From the NCBI GenBank assembly GCA_017452445.1, contig JAFTMH010000002.1, forward strand, positions 202,657 to 266,656: 64,000 nt of DNA. Reading direction: 5' to 3'. The stretch comes from Clostridia bacterium. Its GTDB lineage: Bacteria; Bacillota; Clostridia; Christensenellales; UBA1242. The first letter of the stretch is position 1, and every line of letters begins with the position of its first letter. Shown here piece after piece: positions 9,101 through 24,100 of the stretch. The position numbers and the translations under genes were made by a program. The notes under the pieces are model-generated. The model was not told the origin of the DNA and ran no database searches. It saw nothing but the letters and a program-made list of their open reading frames with translations.

Positions 9101-12100
9101 ACAAGAACAGGTTACACATTTACCGGATATAGAAAGAGTCAGTCGGCATCTTCCGAAATTGTTTTTGAAGCATCTGGTGCTGCAGCATCTGGCTCAACAT
9201 TGTTGTTTACTGCAAATGATACAACAATTTATGCACATTGGTCAGCAAATCCATACGAGGTCACAGCAAATGCCAATGGTGGAAGCATTGCACAGACAAC
9301 AGGTTGGACTGGATCTGGAAATACTGCCAAAAAGACGGTTTATTATGATTCTCAGTATAGTACACTTCCAAGTGCTTCAAGAACTGGTTATTCATTGACA
9401 GGTTGGTATACATCAACTACTGGTGGATCAAAAATTGAAACTACAACAACTGTAAAAACTGCTGCGGCTCATACAATTTATGCACGATGGTCTGCACTTT
9501 CATATACACTCACTGCAAATGCAAACTCAGGAACAATCCCTTCAACAACGGGTTGGACTGTTGCGTCAGGTGGTGCGAGTGCAACCAAATCGGTGACATA
9601 CGATGCGACATATGGCACATTGCCAACCCCTACAAGGACAGGTTACGAATTTGGTGGTTGGTATACATCGGCTACTGGCGGAAGTGCGGTTGCTGCGACA
9701 ACAACTGTAAAAACTGCAGGCAATCACACAATTTATGCACATTGGACTCCAAAAGAATATACGCTTACATTTAAATACGATGCAGATGCAAACTCTGCAA
9801 CAACCAATGATGTTGTGACGCATTCTTCTGTTAAAATCAAGTTTGGTGCTGCACTTGCAAATGCGGGCTTTACATCAAGAACGGGATATACCTTTAATGG
9901 TTATCAAGTTTCTCTCAACAGTGGGGCTTATTTGTTTAACGCTGCTGGTGTGGCACAAGTTGTAACAGGCTATACAACAACAGGTGCTGTTTGGAACAGA
10001 GATGGTGGTGCGACCGTTTGGGGCAATTATACCGAACACACTTATTCAATCGTGTTTAATGCAAATGGTGGAACCGGAACAACAGCTTCAATCACAGGCA
10101 TCAAATATACAGATGTAAAAACTCTTCCAACTTGTGGATTTACAAAAACAGGTTATGACTTTGTGGCATGGAACACTAGTGCTGCAGGAAATGGAACGAA
10201 ATATACAGCTGGTGCATCAGTTTCTAAATTGACATCTACAAACAATGGCACATTTACGCTTTATGCGACATGGGCAGAACATTCTTATGTTATCCAATTT
10301 AACGATGGACTTGGAAACAAGCTTGTCAGTGCTTATTTGGTTTACAACAAAACATGGAGCAAGAGTGCTGGTGGTGTTGGACCTGTTTCAACATTCAGCG
10401 AAATCCAAGCGCTTCCTACAAGGACGGGATATACATTTGCCGAATTCTACACAGGTACAGGCGGCACAGGCACAAGAATTACTGAAAGTGCCGGAAGATT
10501 TACTGCTTCTTCTTTGACATTTACAGCTCAAAACACAAATGTTTATGCACATTGGAAGGCAAACACTTACAACATTGTTTTCAATGCAAATGGTGGTTCT
10601 GGCACAATGGCAAAGCAAACAATGACTTATGACACAGCTGCAAACTTGACGGCAAACGCATTTACAAGGACGGGATACTCATTCCAAGGCTGGTCAAAAT
10701 CTTCATCTGGAGCGAAAGAATATGGTGACAAAGCTTCAGTTAAAAATTTGGCTACAAGCGGCGAAATCACACTCTATGCCGTTTGGAAGGCAAACACATA
10801 CAATATCAAATTTGAAGAAGGTGGCACCGAACACGGTGAAACAATCACTCAACCTTCTATCACAGTGACATATGGCACTGCATTGAAAGGTATCACCATC
10901 AGCGTTGGTGCTGGAAAAACAGAATACAAGCTTGGACACAATTTTGCTGGATACTTTACGCAAGCAGGTTCAAGTGGATCAATGGTTTACAACGCAAGTG
11001 GTCAAGCAGTAAAAAGTGTTTCTGGCTACACAGATGCAAGTGGAAACTGGATCAAAGCTGCTGACACAACATTGTATGCTCATTGGACAACTGCTTTCTA
11101 TACAGTAACTTTGAACGCAAACAACGGAACTTTCTCAACTTCAAACACAAATGGTTGGACAATTGGTTCTGGAAACGGCAGTGCAACAAAGAGCATTGAG
11201 TTTGGCACTCAATACGGCTCTTTCCCAACAATCTCAAGAGCAGGTTATGACTTCCAAGGTTGGTGGACTGCAACAAGTGGTGGAACTCAAGTGACAGCTA
11301 CAACTTCTTTCTTGCAAGGTGCAACTCAAACACTTTATGCAAGATGGACAGAACATACTTACACAATCACTTACACCAAAAATGCAACTGATGCACAAAT
11401 TGACAAGACATCAGAAAACTTTACAATCTTGACAAGCATCACAATGGCGACAACGACTCGCACAGGTTATCAAATGAGTGGTTGGTTGGTTACTTCAAAT
11501 GGTGGAAACTGGGGAGTTGTAAACTCTCAAAAATATTCAAACGGACAGTCAGGCATTAAGGGTATGTATGGAAATGTAACTCTTACTGCACAATGGACTG
11601 CAAACACTTACACAATTGCTTTCAACGCAAATGCTGGCACAGGCACAATGAATTCGGTTACTGCAAGATATGACCAAACAGTAACATTGCCAGCAAACAC
11701 ATTTACCCGCACAGGTTATTCTTTTACTGGTTGGGCAAAGAGTGCTGGTGGCACAAAAGTTTACAACAACAGTGCACAAGTTTCAAACTTGTCATCTTCA
11801 AACAATGCTACAGTGACACTTTATGCTTGCTGGACAGCAAAAACTTATACTTTGGTGTTTGACTCAAATGGTGGCAGTGCAGTTGCTTCTGTTTCGGGCA
11901 AGGTATACGACACAACTTATGGCACATTGCCTTCTCCAACAAGAGCAGGTTATGACTTCCAAGGTTGGTTTAACACTGAAACATCAAACAACGGATCTGG
12001 CACACTCGTAAGATCAGACTCTAGATTCAACACAACAACTGCAACATTTGCAAATGTCGGCACAGCTGGCACAAATGCAACTGTTTATGCACAATGGAAA

Positions 12101-15100
12101 GAAAAGACTTTGGTCGTTTCGTTTAACGGAAATGGTGGAACTTCTTCATCGGCATCAAAATCAGTAGTTTACAACTCTGCTTATGGAGATCTTCCAACAG
12201 CAACAAGAACAGGTTATACATTCAAGGGTTGGTATACAGCAGCAACAGCTGGCACAAACATCACAAAAGACAGCAAAGTTACTGCAACAACAGACCATAC
12301 TCTTTATGCACAATGGACTGCGCTTAGATATCAAATCAAACTTTCAAGTCAACTTACAAGTGGCAGCTTGGGAGATGGCTGGACAGAAAAGATTGTTTAT
12401 GCAGAATATGACAGTGCAACACTTTACGCAGCTGCAACAGGAAGTTCGGCAGCAGGCGAACAAAAACCTACAAGAAGAGGTTACACATTTGCTGGTTGGT
12501 ATACAGCAGCAGATGGTGGAATGATGATCATTAAGGCAGACGCAACAAGCCTTGTTTCATCAGCTTCTGGTTATGTAACATCAGGAAAGTGGTCAAGAAC
12601 AGCAACAGATGTTGTGACACTTTATTCTCAATGGACTTCAAATTCTTATACAATCACATACAACCTCAATGCTTCTGATGCAACATTTATAAACGCCGCA
12701 ACATCAACACAAGTTTATTCAACATCAGCAGGGGTTAAGTTGTATGGTTATAGACAAGTGCGCAGAGCAGGTTATACATTCTCATGGAAACCTTCTTATG
12801 CAGCAGGCAGCGAAGCTGCTTCTTGTCCAACTTGGGTAAACAACACATCATTGGCCGTTGATGCTTCACTTACAGGGGTTTACGGAAATGTAACTCTTAC
12901 TGCACAATGGACAGCAAAAACAACAAACATCACACTTGTTTTGCACAATGATGGTGGACAAGGTCCAAGTTCTCATACAGCAACTTATGATCAAAAAGTT
13001 GCAACAATTCAAGCACCTGCATCAAGACCAGCATCTGTGACAACAGTTGCATGGAGAGCAGGTTGGACATTCCAAGGTTATTACACAGCGACAGAAGGCG
13101 CTGGATCAAAACTTATCAACGCAGACGGAACTGTTGTTTCTGCAGCAGTTGATGGTTGGTTGAAAACCGGTGGAATTTGGGCATGGGACGGAACTGTTGG
13201 AAGTTCGCAAAGCACAAACTCAGTTGACTTGCATGCTCACTGGACAAGAAACACATATACATTGAATTACACTATGGATATGGGTATATCTCTTGTAAAG
13301 ATTACTGGATCATTGAATGATGGCGACAAAACATCAAACGGATCTGTTACTGTTACATTTGGACAAAAAGTTACAGTTGTTGCGACTGCTTCAGTCGGAT
13401 TTGACATTTCAAACTTTGCAGGTGGTTTGACACCTGGACCTACAGCATCAATTGCCGGAACTGTTTCTGGAAAATCATCAACAATCACACTCACATTTGA
13501 TGAAACTTTGCTTGGGGCAACAAACAATGTCATTTCAAACAACACATATTACATTGCAGCAAAAAGTATTCCACAACAAGTAGGATACAGAGTGAGATAT
13601 ATTCTTCAAAACGCAAAAGGAGAATATGGCACTCCAAGCGAAGCAGGCACATTTACTGCAGCAGCAGGCTCTACTTTGACTTTGGACGATGTTAAAGCAA
13701 AAGTTTCTGCAGCATCAACAGCTGGTTACACTTATGCAAGCAACAAATATTACACTCACAACAACGCATCTGCTGCAGGCACAAATGCATCAACATTTAT
13801 GGTCGAAGGCGATGGCACACTTATTGTTGTGTTGTATTACAGCTTCAACAGCTACACAATCACATTTGATGTTGGTGAAGGACAAGCGTTGTCTTCTCCA
13901 CCAGCAGTTTACAACATTCATGGCTATTTCAAGACAAGCGCAAGTGCAACATCTTGGACAGCAAACGGAATTTTGCCAACACCAATCCGCACAGGTTATG
14001 ACTTTAAGGGTTGGAAGGCAAACTCTGTAGGAAACTGGGGAACTTCAGTTTACAATGGTGGAACTTCACTTACTGGAAAGTATGGAAATGTTACACTTTC
14101 AGCAGAATGGAGTGCCCATGTTTATACAATCACACTCAACAACAATGACACTTTGTCATACATTTATGAAAAATATGCGACAGGTTGGTATAGCAATTCA
14201 AATGCGACATCTTCAATTTCAAACATTGCAATCCCAACAAGAGCAGGTTACACATTTGAGGGCTACTTCACACAAAAGGCTGGAGCTGGCACTCAAATCA
14301 TTGGATCAAACGGTGGAATCCTTGCTTCAAACACAACGTTTACAGCAGATGCAACAATCTTTGCACACTGGACACCAAAAGTGTTTACAGTTACATTTGA
14401 TGGAAATGTAGTGGACAACAGCATCTCAATTACACCAGGATCAAAAGAGATTACATTTGCTGCAGTTTATGGCACACTTGCAACTGCAACAAGAACCGGT
14501 TACACACTCGAAGGTTGGTATAAAGAAGCAGCTTGCAAAAACAAAGTGACTGCTTCAACAGTTGTTGACACAGCAGACAATCACTTCTTGTTTGCAAAAT
14601 GGACACCAAACAAATATCTCGTAAAACTTAATGGAAATGGTGGAACTGTTGGCACACTTTCAAACATCACAGGCATGACAGGCACAGCAAGTCCATTGAC
14701 TGCAACTTACGACACAACAGGAAACTTTACTGCTGTGATGACAAGAGCAGGTTACACATTTACTGGTTGGTCAATTGACCCAATCGGAGACAACACAACA
14801 GGCATCACACAAGGCGCAATCACAGGTCAAGGTGGAACATTTACTGTTACAAACACAAAGATCATCAATCTTGTGCCAAGTGGCGAAGCAAACCTTTACG
14901 CACAATGGAGCGCTGACTATGTTGAAATTTCACTCGATCTCAACGCAGACACAGGCTCAACAGTGCCAACAATTTTGCATACAAAAATTTATGCAAAAAC
15001 AGGCTCTGCTTACAGCGAAGCTGTGACAGACAAAAACAATCCAAACACAACAAAAGTAGGCTTGATTTCTCCAGAAAGATCGGGTTATACATTTGCTGGT

Positions 15101-18100
15101 TGGTTTGAAGGAAAAACTACAGGAAGTCAAGTGTTGCCAGTGACTTTGGTTGAAGGTACTTATTCAAGTGGTGCATACAGAAAAACATTGTATGCTCGTT
15201 GGACAGCAAACACTTATTCAATCACATACGCAAAAAATGATGGCTCTGGCGCAACTTATGTTGACACAGTTAGGGCGACATTTGATCAAGATTACACAAT
15301 CTTGACAGAATCAAACGCCAAATTTGACTTCTTTGTTACGGGACACACATTTGTAAATTGGGCTACATCACCACAAGGTGGCACAACTTATGCACCAGGT
15401 GTGTTTACTTACACAGTGCCAAACAACTTGACATTGTATGCAATCAGAAATGTAAACTCATACACACTCTACTATGAGGCAAACGATGCAAGATATCAAG
15501 GCACAGCCGAACTTTTGGCAGGCAAGACAGACAGCGAAGTTTATTTGTATACTGCATCTGTTGACATCAGCGCAAGATATAAGAGACTCGGTTACAACTT
15601 TGTATCTTGGAACACTCAAGCAGATGGAACAGGCACAACACTTACAAATGCAAACAACAAAGGCTTGGAAGCGACAAATGGTGGAATCTTTAGAATTTAC
15701 GCTATTTGGGAACCGGGTGATGTTGATGTAACTGTTCACCACATGACTCAAACTGTTGGTGCGGCAGTTGCAGGAGATGTTGCTTTCTCAATTGCAGACC
15801 AAACAAACTACATCGAAAACTCTGCAGAAGTAAAGAAAGAGAAAACTGGAATTACACTCACTCCAGAAAATCTTGCAAATTACTTCAAGACAATTGATGG
15901 ATTTACAAAAACAAGCACAACAGTTTCAAACACAAACGCATACCTCGTTTTGTATGACGGAAGTCTTGAAATCTATTTGCTTTACACAAGAAACACAAGC
16001 ACAATGCAAGTGCAAATTGGCACAGGTATCAACTCTGTTTCTGCAACAGGTGATGCAGGCAGAACACTTTCTGCTTCAACATTGAATGGCATTTCAACTT
16101 TTGAAAACATCTTCTTTGGCGAAAGCGTGACAGTTTCTGCAGCACTCAAAGCGGGATATCACACTCCTGTTTTCACAGTTTTGGAAAACACAATCCCTGC
16201 TTTTGCAAACAACACATATTCGATGCCAAGCACAACAGCAAAACTTGCAGTTGCTGCAACACCAGGAAAAGTTCCTTACAAGATTGAAATCTATTTGATG
16301 ACAACAGCAGGGGCTTATCTTGGATCAGCAAGCGAAGTGTTGACAGAAGGTTTGAGCGCAACTGTTGACACAGAATTGGAAATCAATTCGACAGTATATT
16401 CAAAAACTGGATTCACTTATGATTCAACTCAAGCAAACGAGTTGAAGAAGATGGTGGCTGGTGATGGCTCAACAACATTCAAATTGTATTATTCTAGAAA
16501 TAAATATACATTTGTTCTTACAGCATCATTCAACAATGTTGATGCAACTTCAATTGCTCCAAACACAATCAAAGTAAACGGAACAGTTGTAAGTGCGACA
16601 TACAGCAAAGAATATTATTTTGAAGAACAAGTTGTTCTTTCAGATTTGGTTACATTCTCAGGTTATGAATATGTAGGTTTTGACTTTGCAGGACAACACA
16701 CAGCAGAAAATGCTTTGACAAGCAAGACATTTACAATGCTTTCAAAACAAACTGACGTCAAGTTGTATTTCAAGAGCAAAGAATACACAATTTCATATTC
16801 TATGAATGGTGGTGTAAACGACTCTACAAACCCACAAAAATATGCAACTCAACTTACTGATCAAATTTTCAATTTGGTCAACCCAACGAGAGCAGGTTAC
16901 AGTTTTGCTGGTTGGACAGAAACATTTGCTTCTGCCACAATCGCAGGTCCAAAACTTACAATTTCTGCAAATGCTTACGGTGACTTCACACTCACAGCAA
17001 CATGGACTCCAATCACATACACCATTTCTTACAACACAAATGGTGGCACACTCGCAGCAGGGGCTCCTGTTTCTTACAACATCGAAAGCACAACAACTTT
17101 GCCAACAATCACAAAGGTTGGACAATCATTTATGGGTTGGAAAGCAACAACAGTTGCTGGCAACTGGGAATTGGACAAAGTTTATGCAAACGGATATTTG
17201 CTTACTGGCATGTATGGAAATGTTGTCCTTACAGCAGTATGGCAACCAAATGTTTATGAAATTGTGTTTGACGGGAACCAAGGCGATGGCACAACAACTG
17301 TTGAAGGCTTGCCTCCAAAGGCATATATTGCATATGGTTCAACTCAATTCTATACAGGTTGGACACAATCAACTTATCCAAACAATGTTTCTGGCTCAGT
17401 AGTTTCACCTATTGCAAAGAGAAACGGTTATACATTTAAAGGTTGGTACACTTCATCAACTGGTGGCACACAAGTTATCACAAACTTGGGTGCACTCAAT
17501 GCAGGTGTTTCTGGCATCACAAGTGCTGCCGGAAATTGGTCTGCTGCAGAAGGAAAAACATTCTATGCACAATGGACACCAAACAGCATTGAAGTTGCAT
17601 TTGATGTAAATGTTTCAACAAATTATCCAACAGACAACTTCAATGTTACACCTGCAACAAAAACTGTAACATTCAACAGCACTTATGGTGCTTTGGCGAC
17701 AACAACTCGCACAGGTTACACATTTGCTGGTTGGTATTTTGATTCAACTTGCAAAAGCCAAGCTGTTGAAACTACACAAGTTGTAAATCACGAAGCTCAC
17801 ACATTGTATGCCAAGTGGAATGCAAACACACAAACAATTGTTTATACAACAACAAATGTTACTGTTGGTGCATCAAGCCCAACAAGTGTTAAGTCACACG
17901 AAGCAAACATCAATGCAACATTCACATCAAACACTGGTTATTCGATGCCAGAAAATGTTCAAGTGAAAGTTGGTGGCGTGTTGCTTACTGATGGATACAC
18001 ATATACAAGAGGCGCTGATTACAATTCAGCAACACTTGTTATCGAAAAAGAATATATCAACGCTTCTGTTGAAGTTGTTGTCCCTGGTGTGCCAGGCATC

Positions 18101-21100
18101 AACGATGTTACATTCAATGTGACAAATGTTACTGCTGCTGGCGATGCCACAGCGACAAGTGGTGTTACATACACTGCAACACTTCACAGAGTGTATGGTT
18201 ATCATTTGCCATCGACAATCTCGGTTACAGTCCTTGGCGAAGCAAAGACTGTTGGCGCAGATTATTCTTACACAATCTCTGCTGACCAACAAACAGCAAC
18301 AATAATTATTGTTGGCTCAAAAATCATCGGACCAGTCGTTATTACAGCGGCAGGTATTGCAAAAGATGTTGTTGTTACTTTCAATCCAAACCTTGGCACA
18401 GTAAGTACAACAACAATGACAACAAAATTCAACGAAAATTACCCTACACTTCCTGTCCCTGTAAGAAGAGGTTACGCATTTGGTGGTTGGTATACTCAAG
18501 CTTATGCTGTTGATGCAACACCAACAACTGAAGCTGTGACTTCAAGCACAAAAGTGACAAACGAAGAAGCACACACACTCTATGCTTACTGGATTTCAAA
18601 AACCGTTTCAGTAAGAGTGCAAAACTTGTCTGGCACTTCTGCAGAAGGAAATGTTATGGGCACAAGCACTTGGACATTCACACAATCATTCAAGACCGGT
18701 GAAATCGTTCAATTTGCTCACGATGCAAAACTTGATGCTTACGGAACTCCATTGTATTCATTTGCTAAATATGTCAAAGGCACAACTTGGTCAGGAGATA
18801 CACTCACTTCTTACACAATCACTGCTGATGACACAGAAGCAGGCGTTCAACTTGAATTTAGAGTTTGCTATGCAATCCAAATCAACTTGTATGCAGTCAC
18901 AAATGGTGTTGCTCTTGACGCATCTGGTGGTAGCGTAAAAACTCACGATGGTGGCGAAGTTGGTGCAACAAGCACAAACTCATGGGCATACGGCGAAGTT
19001 ATGTCATTTACTCCAGAAGCAATCGCAGAACCTGGATACACATTTGAAGGTTGGTACACAACTCAAGAATGTACAGGCGATGTGGTTTCAACTCTTGCCA
19101 AACCAACACTTCAATTTGGCACAAGCGGACACTTGGCATACTATGCAAAATTTGTTTCGACACCATACACAATCACTTATGTGCTCAATGGTGGCGCATT
19201 TGCTACAGGATTTACACCTGTTGAAATTTATAATGTAATCACAAAGGTTACTCTTCCTGTTGAAGCAAATGTTGTAAAAACTGGTTACACATTTGTTGCT
19301 TGGAAAGAAAATGAAAACTTGAGTGGAACTGCTGTTACAGAAATCTCACTTGGCACAATTGGAAACAAAACTTTCTATGCTGAGTACACTCCAAATTCTT
19401 ACACAATTTCACTCGATCAAAACAGTGCAACAACTGACGGAACATCAAGCGTTGTTGCTGTTTACGAACAAACAAAATCATTTGCGATCACAGCACCACA
19501 AAAAGTGGGTTATGCATTTGATGGTTGGTCAATCACTCGTGACGGCAAAGATATCCTTATTGATGATCAAGGAAATCTTGTTGCAAACATGACTGGCTAT
19601 ACAACAAGTGATGGCAGATGGCAAAGAGCAGAATCTGTTCAACTTTATGCAGTTTGGACAGTAAACTCTTATGCAATTCAATTTACGTTGGACAGTTCGA
19701 CAAGAATTGCTCAAATCACAATCAACGATCAAGTTTACACAGAAAGTGGATCTGCTTTGATTGTTTATGGCACAAAGGCTGAAATCTCAATCGTGCCAGG
19801 AGTTGGCTATGTTATTCAAGCAGTAAAGGGTGGCACAAACCCATCTGCACTTGAAAATGTTGGCGCTATTGCACTTGACAGAACTTCATTCTCATACACA
19901 ATCGAAAAATTCAACTATGTTGCAGCAGTAAACAAAGGCGTTGCATATTATCTTGATGTGCAAAGCAGAGAAATGAGATATACAATCGCATTCAATGCAA
20001 ACGGTGGCGTTGGCACAATGGAAAATCTTGACATGGAATATCATGTTGACAAGGCGCTTCCAACAACAAGTTTTGTGCGCACAGGTTACACATTTGCAGG
20101 TTGGGCAACATCATCAACTGGCGAAGTAATTTTGGCAGATGGTGCAACTGTTACCGAATCTTTGGCTACAACAGAAGGTCAAGAAGTTACACTTTATGCA
20201 ATTTGGTCAGAACACTCTTATACATTGACATTTATGGGAGTGCATAATGCATTTGATGTGAAAGTTGCTGCGGCTGATGGAAATGTTTATAAAACAGTTT
20301 CAATCACAAGTGAAGCAAATTCGATCGAAGGCATCAAATATAGCGACATTGTTGTTGCTGGCGCAAGTGGTGTAGGCTTTACGCCTGCAGGATTGCAACT
20401 TGGCTCTGACATCAAGGGATCTGACCCATCAAGAGTTGGTTATACATGGGGTGTTCAAAGTGGTGCAACAAGACATTTGTATGCAATCACTACAGACTCG
20501 TCAACTGCATACTTTGGTGGAAAGTCATTCAGCAATCACTGGTCATCAACAGCCGTAACAACAGGACAACGCACAGAGGGTTATGCTTTTGCACAACTTA
20601 CATCAACAAAAAATGGTTCTGTAAGAGTTGAAGTCCTTTGGACAGCAAATCCTTACACAATCACACTCGATCAAAACACAGCAACTACAGAAGGCACAAA
20701 ATCTGTTGTTGCAACATACGACAGTGCTTCTTTGAATGTGGCAATCAGCAACCCAACAAAAACAGGTTACACCTTTAGAGGTTGGACATCTTTGAGAGAT
20801 GGCGAAATTGTTGTGATTGACACAGCAGGACATTTGGTAGAAAATGTCGAAGGCTTTACAGGTGCAAACGGAATTTGGAAGAAAGCTGAAAACGCAACTT
20901 TGTTTGCAAAGTGGACTCCAAATGAATATGTTGTGACCTTCGAGCCAAACGGTGGCACAGTTGACATTGCAACAAAAACAGTTGTGTTTGATGCTGCTTA
21001 TGGCACACTCGCAGTTGCTCAAAGAATTGGTTACACATTTGACAATTGGTATTTCGAACCTGCATTTACAACAACTTTGACAGAAGAAACAATTGTAAAA

Positions 21101-24100
21101 ACTCCTGCAAACCACACTGTATATGCAAAATGGATACCAAATCCAGATACACCTTACACAATCTATCACTATAAAGAATCAATCGGAGTTGAAAATCCAT
21201 CAACTTCAAACCCAGCTCATTGGGACCGTCCTGAAGTGGAAGTTTTGAAAGGTGTTACTGACACAATGGTTACACCTGCTGTTAAAAATTATATTGGTTT
21301 TGTTGCTCCTGCAACTCAAACAATTTTGATTAAGCCAGACGGCACAGGTGAAGTTCATTATTATTACACTAGACTTCAATATCAACTCACACTCAAAGCA
21401 AAATTTGATGGCGAAGTTAATCCAACTCTTGACATCAACAAGGTTGACTTGACGATTGCAGGAGTTGCAAACTCACAAATTTCTGCATATCAATCAAACA
21501 TTGATTATGGTTCAGAAATCGTAGTTTCAAATATGGATCTCTATCCAGGTTATACTTACGAAGGTTTTGTTGTTGAAAGATTTGTAAGTTCTGCTTGGGT
21601 GACAGATGCAGATGCAAATATTGATTCTTATTTGATGACAGAATTTGACACAACAATTTATTTGTTGTTTGAAGGAAGAGATTTTGTGATCGAATTGGAT
21701 TTTGTTGAAGGCACAAGCATTCAACAATCACCAATTGAATATAGCACAAAGATCTCAAATCAAGTGTTTGCTTTGGCTCCAGTCGTAAGACCTGGCTACA
21801 CATTTGTAGAATGGGCTTTCGATTGGAAAGATGCCACAGATCACAGCACACAAACTCCAGCAGTTGCAACAGGAAATATCGAACTTGCTGCAAATGTATA
21901 CGGAGATATCACACTCACAGCTGTATGGCAACCAAACACTTACACAATCACATACTATCCAAACAGTGGAACAGGAAATGAAGTTACGGATTCTGTAGTG
22001 TTTGACTCGCAATATACGATTAGACCAGCAGACCTTTACTACAAGACAGGTTACACATTTGTTGGATGGAACACTCTTGCAAATGGCTCTGGCAATGAGT
22101 GGACTGCAGGAGAAGAAATCACTTGGCAAGTGGTTGGAAATGTTGATCTTTATGCACAATGGGAAACAATTGTTTATTCAATCAAATTCCATGGCACTGG
22201 CGAAAATGTCAGAGGATCAATGGAAGATATGACATTGGATTATGATGTTGCGTACAACTTGACAACAAATGCTTTCACTCGAGCAGGTTATATCTACAAA
22301 GGTTGGGCAACAGAAGAAGATGGCGAACTTGTTTATCAAGATGGACAACAAGTGTTCAACTTGACAATCAAGCCAAACGATGTTATCCACTTGTACACAG
22401 TTTGGGAAGCAAGAACTGACACTCCATACATCACAAACATCTATTTGATGGACAAAGACGGAAATTATTCTGCAAGTCCAACATCAGTTATCACAAAGCA
22501 AGGTGTGACCGACACTGTTATCGGCTTTACGACAACAGCAACTTCTGTGACAATGGATGCAGTGAGAAAGCGTCTCGAAACAGGAGAAGAAACTCACGAA
22601 ACTTCAGTTTACGAATATGTTGGATTCTCTTATGATGAAGCCAAAACAGGCATCACAAGTGACACAAATGACATCACAATCAAGATCACTTTGGTTGATG
22701 ATGGCGATGGCGAAGTTGAAGAATTTAGCGTAATTTCTCTTTACTTTGCAAGAAATAAATATACCTTGACCGTAAATCCAAATGGTGGAACTTACAACGA
22801 AACTGGCGCAGAAACTGTTTACAATCAATATTATCAAACAACAGTTGAAATCGCCGATCCTGTAAGAATTGGCCACACATTTGACGGTTGGGAAAGAAGT
22901 GCAAACTTCCATGGTGTGTTTGAAAACGGCGTTTACACATTCAATGCCGGAGATGACACATTGACAGCAAAATGGATTGTAAACAGATATAAGGTTGTGC
23001 TCAACATCAATGATGCAACATTCTCAAACGGAACAACATCTGTTGAAAATGTAAACAACATTACACATGCAAGCCTTGTAAACGGAACAATCACTTTGTA
23101 TATTGATTACGGCACAAAATATCAAACTCTTTATACTGAAGAGAAGGGTAACACAACCGTAAATTATGCAGACTTTACAAGCGTAAATGTTTCAAGACTT
23201 GGTTACACATTTGTTGGATTCTATGACAGAAATATTGCTTTGGGTGGCACTGTTGATGGTGCAACTCAAATCACAACAGAAACGGTGTTTGAATATACAG
23301 GCAACGATACTGTTTTGTATGCATTCTGGACAAGAAACCAAGACACTCCATATGTTGTAAATCATTATCAAGAAAAGAAACATATTGACAACGCTGACAT
23401 TTCAAATTCTACACATTGGGATTTGGTAAAACAAGAAAACTTGACTGGAGAAACAGACTCTACAAAAACTCCAGCAGTTGAAACATACAAAGGCTTTACT
23501 TCTCCAACAGCACAAACAATTGTGATTGATGCGAGAGGAACAACCGTTGTAAACTATTTCTACACAAGAAATCAATATTATGTTGACATTAGCGGTAGTT
23601 TTGCTTTTGATGGAACAGAAACAATCATCGAAGGCCTCAACACATCTGTCGTTGATGTTTTGGCTGACACAAGCTTGCTTGCAGGAGCTTCTGATTTCAA
23701 CAAACTTGTTGACTTTGGAACTCGCATCACACTCTCAAACTTGCAAGTTGGTGGAGGTTGGACATTCAAGGGTATTGTGTGGAACTACACAGCTGTTGAA
23801 GACAGCGAAACAGCAGTTGAAGGAAATGTAAATCCACTTCTTGATATTGTTGTTGAAGAAGAATCACAACTTGAAATTGTGTTGAAGTTTGAAGGTAATG
23901 TTTATGCAATTGATTATGATCTTGATCATGGCACTGCAGAAAACGAAACTCAATATCAAACATCACTCAATGACCGTTCGATCACTGTAAACACACCAGT
24001 GCGCACAGGTTGGACATTTATGGGTTGGAGACATGTTTGGAAAGGCGACGATGCACACTCATCAAATCTCCCTACACTCACACAAGTCAACGACTCTTCA